Source: Elusimicrobiota bacterium
Lineage (GTDB): Bacteria; Elusimicrobiota; Elusimicrobia; Elusimicrobiales; UBA9959
Direction of reading: 5' to 3'
Length of the DNA stretch: 38,198 bases
NCBI GenBank assembly: GCA_037137395.1
Contig: JBAXKK010000016.1
Span: 1 to 38,198, forward strand
Shown here piece after piece: positions 19,072 to 27,706 of the stretch (the stretch's first letter is position 1; the number at the start of each line of letters is the position of its first letter). Made by a program: the position numbers and the translations under genes. The notes below the pieces were generated by a model. It was not told where the DNA came from. It searched no databases and was given only the letters and a program-made list of their open reading frames with translations.

Positions 19072-20069
19072 GATTTAATATTTTCCAGAAGCTCTTCTTT
19101 CATGACGGCCGCCGTGCCGAGCTTCCCTACCACAATACCTGCCGCGAAGTTGGATATTAAGGCTGCTTCTTCCAGCGTGGCTCCCGCGGCCGAAGCAAGA
19201 GCAAGCGTGGAGATGACTGTGTCGCCAGCGCCGGTCACATCGTACACTTCCCGGGCTTTGGTGGGGATGTGCAGAGTTTTCACGCGTCCGCCGGTATTGT
19301 TGAAAAGCGTCATGCCATGCTCGCCTTGCGTTACGAGCAGCGACCGGCAGTTAAGCGTCCTGATTATTTTTTTGCCCAGCTCTTCCACCGCGGCCTGGCC
19401 TTCTTTCTGTATCAGGCGCATCCCCTGGTATGCCTCCATGGTGTTCGGCGTCAGGCAGGTTACTTTTTTATAACGGGCAAAGTGCTCGATTTTGGGATCC
19501 ACGAAAACCGGAACACCTCGTCTAATGGCCAGCTTTATTGCGGCTTCGATGACATGCGGGGTAAGCAGGCCTTTGCCGTAATCCGACAATATCAGGGCGC
19601 CGGCGCCGGCTTTAAGCTGAGCATCCAGCGCGTCCAGCACGGATTTCTGCAGAGAGGGAGTGAGTTTGAACGCGGGTTCGCGGTCAAAGCGTACCACTTG
19701 CTGGTGTTCGGCTATGACGCGGGTCTTTTCTATGGTAAAGGTGGGGGGGTGTGCTATAAGTGAGCCGGTATCAGCGCCCTTTGCTGCGAGGATTTCTACG
19801 AGCTCTTTCGCGGCCGCGTCCCGGCCGGTGACGGATATCAGGGCGGGCCTGGCGCCCAGCGAGGCCAGATTAACGGCCACATTCCCGGAACCTCCGGCCA
19901 CAGTGTGCTCTTCCCGCACTTTAACTATGGGGACGGGCGCTTCCGGAGAGATGCGACGCACAGTTCCCATAATGTATCGGTCGAGCATGACATCGCCCAT
20001 GACCGCTACGCGCTTTGAGCCGAAATTATCAATTATCCCGCGGAGTCTGCTAAAAGCCGTGTTGTCCAT
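19053..20069 (-). CDS. hldA: D-glycero-beta-D-manno-heptose-7-phosphate kinase (stand-alone RfaE domain I)
   Basis: GDVMLDRY, RISPEAPVP, LSDYGKG, VDPK and DVTGAGDTV; no adenylyltransferase domain. Confidence 0.93.
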   Translation of the reverse strand: MDNTAFSRLRGIIDNFGSKRVAVMGDVMLDRYIMGTVRRISPEAPVPIVKVREEHTVAGGSGNVAVNLASLGARPALISVTGRDAAAKELVEILAAKGADTGSLIAHPPTFTIEKTRVIAEHQQVVRFDREPAFKLTPSLQKSVLDALDAQLKAGAGALILSDYGKGLLTPHVIEAAIKLAIRRGVPVFVDPKIEHFARYKKVTCLTPNTMEAYQGMRLIQKEGQAAVEELGKKIIRTLNCRSLLVTQGEHGMTLFNNTGGRVKTLHIPTKAREVYDVTGAGDTVISTLALASAAGATLEEAALISNFAAGIVVGKLGTAAVMKEELLENIKSWTKTA

Positions 20070-20075
20070 GCCTTA

Positions 20076-20081
20076 ATTATA
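20076..20081 (-). promoter_or_regulatory. -10 box TATAAT 6 nt upstream of the hldA ATG (probable leaderless start)
   Basis: Minus strand reads TATAAT-TAAGGC-ATG in an AT-rich divergent gap; no clear -35. Confidence 0.55.
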
Positions 20082-20097
20082 CTAAAAATATACAGCT

Positions 20098-20106
20098 TGA
20101 TATAAT
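20098..20106 (+). promoter_or_regulatory. Extended -10 promoter TGnTATAAT facing sulP
   Basis: TGATATAAT; a second candidate, TGCTAGAAT, lies at 20225-20233. Confidence 0.5.
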
Positions 20107-20291
20107 GAGGGCTATAGTGGTTGTTTTTGGCATAACACGCCGAAGCTGGAACAACGCGACATGTTTCAATCACATCCATCAAACATTCTGGCGGATTTCT
20201 CCGGATTTTTTATTTATCGCCATTTGCTAGAATATTGAAGTTATTAAGCAGGGACTTTTCGCCTGATATTAAAAGTATCACCATTTAACTT

Positions 20292-22514
20292 ATGACAATA
20301 AACGGCGTGTTTCCAGTCTCCCGAAAAATTGAATGGACGGACGCGTGGGGCGGGATGGCTGCAATGTTGGTGGCGCTGCCCTCCGCCATCGCGTTCGGCG
20401 TCGCGATGTACGCCCCGCTAGGCCCCGGGTTTGCCGGAGCCGGCGCGCTTGCGGGGATTATCGGAACCGTGGCCATAGGTCTGCTCGCCCCGGCGCTGGG
20501 AGGCGCTCCTAGCCTGATTTCCGCCCCCTGCGCTCCGGCGGCGGCTGTTATGGCGGCGTTGTGCGTCCGGCTGCTTGACGGCGGCGCGCCCGCTGAGCAT
20601 GTTATTGTTTCCCTTGCAGTGGTCGGACTGCTTTCAGGCGTTCTGCAGGCCGTTTATGGCGCGCTCGGAGGCGGGCGTCTGATAAAATACATCCCTTATC
20701 CCGTGGTGACGGGATATATGAGCGGCGTGGGCTTGCTGATAATATTAAAGCAGATAGGACCCTTTCTCGGACTTGAGAAGGGCTCCTCCCCGCTAGCGGG
20801 ACTGTTTTCGCCTCACGCCTGGCAATGGCCCGCGGTTTGGGTCGCTCTTATCACAGCCGGCGCAATGATTGCCGCTCCTCGCATTACAAAACGGATCCCT
20901 GCGGCCATACTGGGCCTCGCGGCTGGAATCGCGGCGCACCTGGCGGCAGGGCTTATCAGGCCCCAGTTGCTGACGCTGGAAGCCAACCAATTTATTATTG
21001 GCGCTATCTCTACCAGCCCGGGTGTTATTTTAAACGGCATTGTTTCCAATTTCAACGCGTTGCGCTTTATGGAGATGCATGAGGCATACGCGCTTATCGG
21101 ACCGGCGCTCACATTGTCGGTTCTTCTTTCCATAGATACGCTTAAAACCTGCGTGGTAACTGACTCCATTGTGCGCGCCCGTCACGATTCGAACCGTGAA
21201 TTGAAAGGGCAGGGCGCTGGCAATATGATGTCCGCTTTGCTTGGCGGCATGCCGGGCGCCGGCACCATGGGCGCCACTTTGGTAAGCCTGGCAAGCGGCG
21301 GCAAAACTCGCCGCGCGGGTCTGTTTGAGGGCGTATTTGCCCTTATGGCGGCGCTTGTTCTGGGCAGCGCCATCGGGCGTATCCCGCTTGCGGCACTGGC
21401 GGGGATATTGGTTGTGGTCGGATCGCGCATGATAGACCGCTCCAGCGTGCGGCTGGCGCTGCGCAGTTCCACCGTCCTGGATTTTGCCGTTGTAGTCTCG
21501 GTAGCGGGCACGGCGCTTGCGGTGGATCTTATCGCGGCCGCCGGTGTGGGAATAACCCTTTCAATCCTCCTTTTTATCCGCGAGCAGATGCGCAGCAGTG
21601 TGATCCGGAGAAAAGTGACGGGCGCGGAGATTTCCTCAACGCAGCAACGCCTGCCCGGAGAGCGCGCCGCGCTGGCCGCGCGCGGAGCCGAAACGCTCGT
21701 GGTTGAACTCCAGGGCAGTCTATTCTTCGGCACCACCGATCAGCTTTTTTTAGAAATAGAAAGCGATATGCGCTCATGCCGGCGCCTGATCCTGGATATG
21801 CGCCGAGTGACTTCCGTGGATTTTACCGCTGTGCACATGCTTGAACAGGCTGGGGAAATGATGGGGGAGCGCGGCGGCTCGCTTGTTTTCTCGCATTTGC
21901 CGCTGAGTTTGCCCACCGGGCAGGATCTTCGCGCCTATTTTGAACAGTTGGGGCTGACTCATCGCGATGGACGGGGACGCATCTTTGAAACGCTCCATGA
22001 CGCACTGGAGTGGGCCGAGGACTGCGCCATAGAAGAGGCGGGCATTGAACGACCGGCCGCGGGGGAATTGCTGGACCTTTCGCAGATAGATTTTTTGCGG
22101 GAGATAGACCCCGCCTCTTTGGCGGCGCTCCGCGTGGCCTTCGAAGAGCGCCGCTTGGACGCCGGTAAATCGATATTTAACCGTAAAGGCCAGGGTGACG
22201 AGCTCTTTTTAATTCGTCGCGGGCGTGTCAGAATAATACTGCCGCTGAAAGATACTCATCGTCAGCATCATCTTGCCGTTTTCGGACCGGGAGATTTCTT
22301 CGGTGAGGTGGGGTTTTTGGCCCGTATGCCGCGAACGGCTGACGCCATCGCTCTAACCGATACGGATCTTTATGTTATAAGCCGGGACGCTTTCGACGCT
22401 ATATCCCGCCGCAATCCAACCGTCACGATGGCGTTATTTCAGCGCCTTGCAAGCGTTGAAGCGCTGCGCTTGCGGGACGCCGACAGCGAACTGCGCCGCC
22501 TTCAGGACAGCTGA
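20292..22514 (+). CDS. SulP/SLC26 anion transporter with STAS and C-terminal cNMP-binding domains
   Basis: VALPSAIAFG, IKYIPYPVVTGY, DSNRELKGQG, STAS LQGSLFFG...LDMRRVTSVD and cNMP GPGDFFGEVGFL...PRTADA. Confidence 0.93.
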   Translation: MTINGVFPVSRKIEWTDAWGGMAAMLVALPSAIAFGVAMYAPLGPGFAGAGALAGIIGTVAIGLLAPALGGAPSLISAPCAPAAAVMAALCVRLLDGGAPAEHVIVSLAVVGLLSGVLQAVYGALGGGRLIKYIPYPVVTGYMSGVGLLIILKQIGPFLGLEKGSSPLAGLFSPHAWQWPAVWVALITAGAMIAAPRITKRIPAAILGLAAGIAAHLAAGLIRPQLLTLEANQFIIGAISTSPGVILNGIVSNFNALRFMEMHEAYALIGPALTLSVLLSIDTLKTCVVTDSIVRARHDSNRELKGQGAGNMMSALLGGMPGAGTMGATLVSLASGGKTRRAGLFEGVFALMAALVLGSAIGRIPLAALAGILVVVGSRMIDRSSVRLALRSSTVLDFAVVVSVAGTALAVDLIAAAGVGITLSILLFIREQMRSSVIRRKVTGAEISSTQQRLPGERAALAARGAETLVVELQGSLFFGTTDQLFLEIESDMRSCRRLILDMRRVTSVDFTAVHMLEQAGEMMGERGGSLVFSHLPLSLPTGQDLRAYFEQLGLTHRDGRGRIFETLHDALEWAEDCAIEEAGIERPAAGELLDLSQIDFLREIDPASLAALRVAFEERRLDAGKSIFNRKGQGDELFLIRRGRVRIILPLKDTHRQHHLAVFGPGDFFGEVGFLARMPRTADAIALTDTDLYVISRDAFDAISRRNPTVTMALFQRLASVEALRLRDADSELRRLQDS

Positions 22515-22545
22515 ATATTATTGCGTGGTTTTTTACGGCAGATTG

Positions 22546-23373
22546 TCAGTCCAAGCGGCGCTTTACCAGTTTAGCGGTTACGGAACCTATAAAAATCTCG
22601 GCTTTGAGGATGAGCGGCAGGCGCAGCTCATCGTCTGTTATCCAGACCAGCATTTTCTTCCCTTTTTTGGCCACGAAGAGACCGTCATCCCCCAGTTGTG
22701 GTTCCACCAGAACGCATTTAAACTTGCCGTAAGCGGTAGATTCCTTTTCACGCTTCCTGAATTTAACATTCATACGCCAGTTCCGTTTGGTGTTGATCGT
22801 GATCTCCCGGCTGGTGCCTGAACTCAAGTCCATGGTGCGGACCAGGTAGAGGGCGGAGAGCACATCGTTGACCGGCCCTTCCAGCGTCCCTTCCACGGGG
22901 GCGGCAATTTTAGACTTACCCATTTTTTCGCCGTGAAAAGTCTTAGCCGCATTATCAAAGATCACCCATTCATTAAAGAAATGATGCCCTTCATGGATGC
23001 CTTTATAATAACCGAAGGAATACAGGTCCCGGATATCCATCCATGATTCATTTATGTCGTTTACGGTGTAAAAATTATTTATAAAGGCCGCAGACTTTGC
23101 GCCGGAAATTATATGGTAAGCCGTCCGGCCGTCTATCGTTACCATTTTGTCTATCTGCAGGTAGGCGGAACCGACGTTTATAAGGCCCCAGTAGATTTCA
23201 TATTCAAGGCGTTCCTTATGCCAGATGTCGCGCACGGCCGCGGTGTCCACGGTGACGGCAGGTTCAAGGGCGGTATAGGGATGAATAAGGTTCGCTTGTT
23301 TGCCCTGTGCGCAAAGTGAAGCGGCGCAGATCGTTAACAGCGCTCCGGCGAAAAGCGTTCTCCTAAAAACCAT
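22546..23373 (-). CDS. Secreted DUF3108-like protein
   Basis: Signal peptide; ERLEYEIYWGLINVG, DVLSALYLVR, GKFKC and VWITDD..RLP.....IFIGSV pattern. Confidence 0.75.
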   Translation of the reverse strand: MVFRRTLFAGALLTICAASLCAQGKQANLIHPYTALEPAVTVDTAAVRDIWHKERLEYEIYWGLINVGSAYLQIDKMVTIDGRTAYHIISGAKSAAFINNFYTVNDINESWMDIRDLYSFGYYKGIHEGHHFFNEWVIFDNAAKTFHGEKMGKSKIAAPVEGTLEGPVNDVLSALYLVRTMDLSSGTSREITINTKRNWRMNVKFRKREKESTAYGKFKCVLVEPQLGDDGLFVAKKGKKMLVWITDDELRLPLILKAEIFIGSVTAKLVKRRLD

Positions 23374-23914
23374 ATTTTATCCGCGCCCAGACGATGGCCG
23401 CCACGGCGAGCATCCCTGTGAAGCCGCGCCATTCTTTGTTCTTAATAAAGACTTCCAGAGATAATGAACTCGGATCAAAAAAATTCGGGATGGCGCGGAG
23501 CCGGGGCAGCATGGAATTTACCCGCTTCATGTACTCCGTATACTGTGTGCCGTACTCGCCGCGCAGAAAGCCCTCCTCGGCGCGTATCTGCACTTTGTAG
23601 ATAAGGGTGAATGAGACGGTTGTTATCAGCCAGACAATTCCGGTGCGCAGAAAAGCATGAGGATTTGAAAGGGCTATGAGGAGACCGAGCACCATAACCG
23701 CAGTGCCCAGGTAAAGAGGGTTGCGTACCGCGGCGTAGGGGCCGGTGACAGTGAGTGTTTTGGATTTCACTATCGCAGCCGAGGCCAGTACGCGGATGAG
23801 TTGCCCCAGGAGCATTACGCTCATGCCGGCCGTAAAAAGCGGCCAACTGTCCGGCCTTGCCAGGATTATGACCGCCAAGGCTACGATCTGTGAGACAAGT
23901 ATTCTTTTTTTCAT
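23363..23914 (-). CDS. ICMT/PEMT-family integral membrane methyltransferase
   Basis: LTVTGPYAAVRNPLYLG and IRAEEGFL...YTEYMKRV motifs; TM helices. Confidence 0.88.
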   Translation of the reverse strand: MKKRILVSQIVALAVIILARPDSWPLFTAGMSVMLLGQLIRVLASAAIVKSKTLTVTGPYAAVRNPLYLGTAVMVLGLLIALSNPHAFLRTGIVWLITTVSFTLIYKVQIRAEEGFLRGEYGTQYTEYMKRVNSMLPRLRAIPNFFDPSSLSLEVFIKNKEWRGFTGMLAVAAIVWARIKYGF

Positions 23915-23945
23915 AAATTATCCTCTGTTGAATATCAGGCACGAA

Positions 23946-24533
23946 TCACTTTTGCATCCTGCTGATCCAGCGCGCTGCGGCTAAGATGCCGGATTTTACC
24001 ACGCGCCCCCCGGCAAGATCCCGTTTTTTACGCAACTCGCTCAATCCATGGCCAGTCTTAACCAGGATGGACGATAGCCCCAGCGCGTCAGCGAGTTTCA
24101 TGTCTGATTCTTTGTCGCCAACGACTATAGACCGGGCAAGGTCAACTTGCAGGTGCTTCAGCGCCTCTTTGATGAGTCCGGGGGCGGGTTTGCGGCAGGC
24201 GCAGCCCGCAGTCGGCAGATGCGGGCAGAAATACACGCCGTCCAGTTTCACACCTTTTGCGCGCAGGTCTTTAACGAATTTCATATTGATCGCCTTCGAT
24301 CTGGCCATGGTCATATACCCCCGGCCGACCGCCGCCTGATTCGTAACCACGATCAGCCGGTAACCGAGGCGGGCGAGGAGCAGCAGAGCTTTAAAAGCGC
24401 CAGCGTAGAATTTTAGACCGCGCGGATCGGTGAGATAAAATCCCGGGCGATCGTGAATAATCGTTCCGTCCCTGTCCAGAAACACCGCGGGTCGTTTAGC
24501 TTTATCTTTATTTTTTCGCAAATAAGCAATCAT
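23946..24533 (-). CDS. gmhB: D,D-heptose 1,7-bisphosphate phosphatase (HAD IIIA)
   Basis: FLDRDGT, VTNQ, CPH...CACRKP and VGDKESD. Confidence 0.93.
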   Translation of the reverse strand: MIAYLRKNKDKAKRPAVFLDRDGTIIHDRPGFYLTDPRGLKFYAGAFKALLLLARLGYRLIVVTNQAAVGRGYMTMARSKAINMKFVKDLRAKGVKLDGVYFCPHLPTAGCACRKPAPGLIKEALKHLQVDLARSIVVGDKESDMKLADALGLSSILVKTGHGLSELRKKRDLAGGRVVKSGILAAARWISRMQK

Positions 24534-24569
24534 AGATTGTGCGGGTGTGCTGTCGGATCTTGATAAACT

Positions 24570-24597
24570 TTCAGCCCTCAGCCTTACTGCTTCAGCG
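24570..24597. repeat. Period-7 repeat across the lpxK stop
   Basis: TTCAGCC CTCAGCC TTACTGC TTCAGCG. Confidence 0.45.
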
Positions 24598-25690
24598 CAG
24601 GTTTTTGCGGCGCGATGATCTCCATCAGGCGTTCGCGGCCATCGCGCGGGAAGACGATTTTCACCGAGAGGATGAATACGCCGCCCTTGATGATCTGCGC
24701 CCAGTCAGCCGGGAAGCGCGCGAAATCCTTATATGTCGTTATGACCGGCATATTTTCGCGCGTGGCCTCGACCGCGGCCAACTCCTCCCGCGTGAAGCGG
24801 TGGTGGTCGGGGTAGCGCCAGATCTGGGCCGGAACGGCCTTGAGACCCGCCAGGGTATCCTCAAAGGATTTCGGATCCCCTATGCCGGAAAGCGCTGTAA
24901 CTTTTTTATCCCTGAATTCGGAGAGGGGAACCTTTTCATTGTTAACCGCGTCGACGAAAGCTTCGGGCGAATGCATGCTCTCTATCACGACCGCAGAAGA
25001 GTTTAGTTTGTTTATTTCTTCTTTGAGCGTCTCCACACCCGCTTCGCAAGCGTGCTCGCAATGCGACAATATGACGGCATCCGCCCTGTCCAGCCCCCCG
25101 GAGGTTTCGCGCAGGTCGCCCAGTGGTATCAACTCATCTTTATGAAAAGGCGCGGTGGCGTTAACCATTACGATGTTCTTGTCGCGGCGCAGCCTGAAGA
25201 ATTGATAGCCGTCATCCATGAGTAGGAAATTGCTCTTAAATTTTTCCAGCGCCGCCAGCCCCGCCTGATAGCGGTCGGAGGAGACCAGAACCGGAATGCC
25301 GTAATCTTTTAACATCTCAAAGATCATCACGGCTTCATCCCCGGCCTCTTCGGCGGAAAAAGATTCGCCTTTGGCCAGGATAGTCAGCTTTTTGCCGGGA
25401 GCTTTACGCTTATAACCACGGATAAGGATAGCGGGGTTATAGCCCTCTTTCTTCAGCTCTATGGCGGCCATGACAACTGTTGAGGTTTTGCCTGTCCCTC
25501 CGGCTGAAAGATTGCCGAAACAAATCACCGGAACCGGAAGCTTATAACTTTTAAGCAGGCCGGCCGCGTAAAGCGCCCGGCGCAGCGATACTGCTCCGAT
25601 GTAAGCTATGGACATCGCGCGCAGGAATAGTCGCCCCGCTGCCTTTTTTCTGAGTCCGTCTCTGATTTTTTGTGCGTCCATAATGCTCAC
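24584..25690 (-). CDS. lpxK: Tetraacyldisaccharide 4'-kinase
   Basis: GNLSAGGTGKT, RGYKR, GDE, MDDGYQ, PLGDLRE, GIGDP, YPDHH and TTYKD. Confidence 0.95.
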   Translation of the reverse strand: MSIMDAQKIRDGLRKKAAGRLFLRAMSIAYIGAVSLRRALYAAGLLKSYKLPVPVICFGNLSAGGTGKTSTVVMAAIELKKEGYNPAILIRGYKRKAPGKKLTILAKGESFSAEEAGDEAVMIFEMLKDYGIPVLVSSDRYQAGLAALEKFKSNFLLMDDGYQFFRLRRDKNIVMVNATAPFHKDELIPLGDLRETSGGLDRADAVILSHCEHACEAGVETLKEEINKLNSSAVVIESMHSPEAFVDAVNNEKVPLSEFRDKKVTALSGIGDPKSFEDTLAGLKAVPAQIWRYPDHHRFTREELAAVEATRENMPVITTYKDFARFPADWAQIIKGGVFILSVKIVFPRDGRERLMEIIAPQKPALKQ

Positions 25691-26772
25691 GAGATTCCAA
25701 GTCCGAGTTCGCCGGCCATAGCGACAAGTTTAGCAAATACTGCTTCCGGAGAAAGTTCTTTGAGACATTTCACGCCGACATTTGACTGAGGCCGCATAGT
25801 GAAAAGCGCGGATTTCATGGTCTCAGGGCATTCGTTTTTTTGGCAGGCGATGCAGGCGAAGGTGTCATTTCTTATGATCTGGTGCTTAGGGTCGTTCGGC
25901 GGCGTCCAGCTTTCCGGCCGGCTTGACCCATAAATTCCAAGCGTTGGAACTCCGGACGCCTGCGCGATGTGTTTGGCTCCGTTGCAGTTTGAAATCAGGA
26001 GCGCCGCCTGCTGAAGCATTGCCGATAGCCTGGAGAGATCGGAAGTTTCAGGGGCGAGGAGGACGGCAGGGTGGTCGGCCGCCCGGACGATTTCTTCGGC
26101 CAGTGATTTTTCGCCAGGCCCCCACAGGACCAGCACAGCGGACTTCGTCTTCCGGACTATAAGCGCGGCCAGGCGGGCGTAATGTTCCGCGGGCCATAGG
26201 CGGGTCATCCGTCTGGAAGCCGGGGAAAAAAATATCAGCGCGCTCCTGAGGCCGGCGTCGGGAACAAGCTTCGCCACCGCCTCGGCGGCCCAGGCCAAGT
26301 CGCCGGCCGCCGGGTAAAATTTGGGATACGGATAAAAAACATTCTTCAGACCGAGCTGGCTCAGAAGGTCGATCTTAAAAAAGGGATTATATTCGCGCTG
26401 GCCCGGCCGCAACTCCAATTTAAAGTTGTAGGCCCAGGCCGAGTGAGTGTATGCCGGGCCGGCTTTTATCTTAGCGCCGCTCATGGCCGCAACCAGAGCT
26501 GAGCGGGGATTGGACATCAGGTCAACTACAAGATCGTAGCGGCGTCGCCTCACTTCTAAAAGCCATTTAACCGGTTTTTTTGCGTCATAGACCAGCACTT
26601 CGTCGATAACGGGGTTGCGCGCGAGGGCTTGTTCGGATGGTTGCTGGGTAAGAAAATCAAGTTTAGCGCGCGGAAAATTGGCCTTTAAAACTTCCGCCGC
26701 GGAGGTACTCAAAAGCACGTCCCCTATCTGGCGAAACTGTATCAGCAATATTTTATTTGTATTAAAATCCAT
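25687..26772 (-). CDS. GT9 family LPS core glycosyl(heptosyl)transferase
   Basis: KILLIQFRQIGDVLL, RRYDLVVDL, WPAEHY and HIAQASGVPTLGIYG. Confidence 0.9.
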   Translation of the reverse strand: MDFNTNKILLIQFRQIGDVLLSTSAAEVLKANFPRAKLDFLTQQPSEQALARNPVIDEVLVYDAKKPVKWLLEVRRRRYDLVVDLMSNPRSALVAAMSGAKIKAGPAYTHSAWAYNFKLELRPGQREYNPFFKIDLLSQLGLKNVFYPYPKFYPAAGDLAWAAEAVAKLVPDAGLRSALIFFSPASRRMTRLWPAEHYARLAALIVRKTKSAVLVLWGPGEKSLAEEIVRAADHPAVLLAPETSDLSRLSAMLQQAALLISNCNGAKHIAQASGVPTLGIYGSSRPESWTPPNDPKHQIIRNDTFACIACQKNECPETMKSALFTMRPQSNVGVKCLKELSPEAVFAKLVAMAGELGLGIS

Positions 26773-26778
26773 GTGTTT

Positions 26779-26857
26779 GCCGTACGCTATATGCCATTGG
26801 CCATACGCAGAAATATTAAGGAACTCCTTAAAAATATGCAGCGTATGGCGAGCGGCG
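26779..26857. repeat. Period-7 array within a nested inverted repeat
   Basis: GCCGTAC GCTATAT GCCATTG GCCATAC; GCCATACGC (26800-26808) pairs with GCGTATGGC (26841-26849); central TTAAGGA-AC-TCCTTAA (26816-26831). Confidence 0.7.
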
Positions 26858-26887
26858 CTGCTTTAATCATCGTGTTTTTCGGGATGA

Positions 26888-27706
26888 TTAAAACAGCCTT
26901 GACGCTCCTCGTTCAAGATGGAGCCTGAGATCCAGATTGTTTTCACCCCGCTTTATAAAAAGGCGGTCAATCGGCCCGGAATCCCGATTCCAAGGCCAGG
27001 GCGTTTTTCCCTGCTTAAAACTGAAGTCCAGAACATAACCGGCTTTTAGCGCGCTGGCCCGTATCGTAGGTGAATATGCGCCAGCCCCGTAAGGATACGC
27101 GAAAGCGGACATTTCCGCTCCGAGCGCGGCCTCAAGTTGTTTTTTTGATTCCGTTAACTCCCATGCCGCGTCTTCCCGAGTGAGCTTTTCAAGATTAGGG
27201 TGGTTCATGGTATGAGATCCGAATTCTATAACCCCGCTTTCCTGCATCTCTTTAAGCATCGCCAGGCTGGCCATATTGACCCACGGTTCTGTTTTGGGGT
27301 TGTGCCAGAGATTGACTTTGCCGATGGTGTTGTACACCACAAAAATATTTCCTTTGGCGCCAAGTTCACGCAGTATTTTGTAGGCATACGAGTAGTTGTT
27401 TTCATAGCCGTCGTCGAAAGTTATGAGTACCGCTTTTTCTGGGAGTGGTTTTTCGCCTCTATGGGCCTTGAGCAGATCCGAGAACAGTACCGTCACATAA
27501 CCATGGGCGATCAGCCAGGCGACCTGGGAACGGAATTTTTCAGGGGTAACCCACAGGTCTTTAAGCTTTGAACCGGCGGGAGGGACACCAATCTTGTGAT
27601 ACACTAAAACCCGGAGGCCAGGAGTCGTGCGGCGCCACCATGCCCATCGGAGGCTGGCGAGCGCCGCTCCCAAAAAAGCTGCAGAGGTAAGAAGTTCTTT
27701 AGTCAT
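26888..27706 (-). CDS. Polysaccharide deacetylase (CE4/NodB, IcaB/PgaB-like) with N-terminal membrane anchor
   Basis: VLVYHKI, ITFDDGY, GSHTMNH and FAYPYG. ATG 27706 (MTKELL..) is preferred over 27748. Confidence 0.9.
   Translation of the reverse strand: MTKELLTSAAFLGAALASLRWAWWRRTTPGLRVLVYHKIGVPPAGSKLKDLWVTPEKFRSQVAWLIAHGYVTVLFSDLLKAHRGEKPLPEKAVLITFDDGYENNYSYAYKILRELGAKGNIFVVYNTIGKVNLWHNPKTEPWVNMASLAMLKEMQESGVIEFGSHTMNHPNLEKLTREDAAWELTESKKQLEAALGAEMSAFAYPYGAGAYSPTIRASALKAGYVLDFSFKQGKTPWPWNRDSGPIDRLFIKRGENNLDLRLHLERGASRLF

Noticed and set aside
20117..20230. 37-codon GTG ORF upstream of sulP with GAGGG in front
   Set aside because: The putative RBS abuts the -10 box and would not be transcribed from it; the peptide has no recognisable features.
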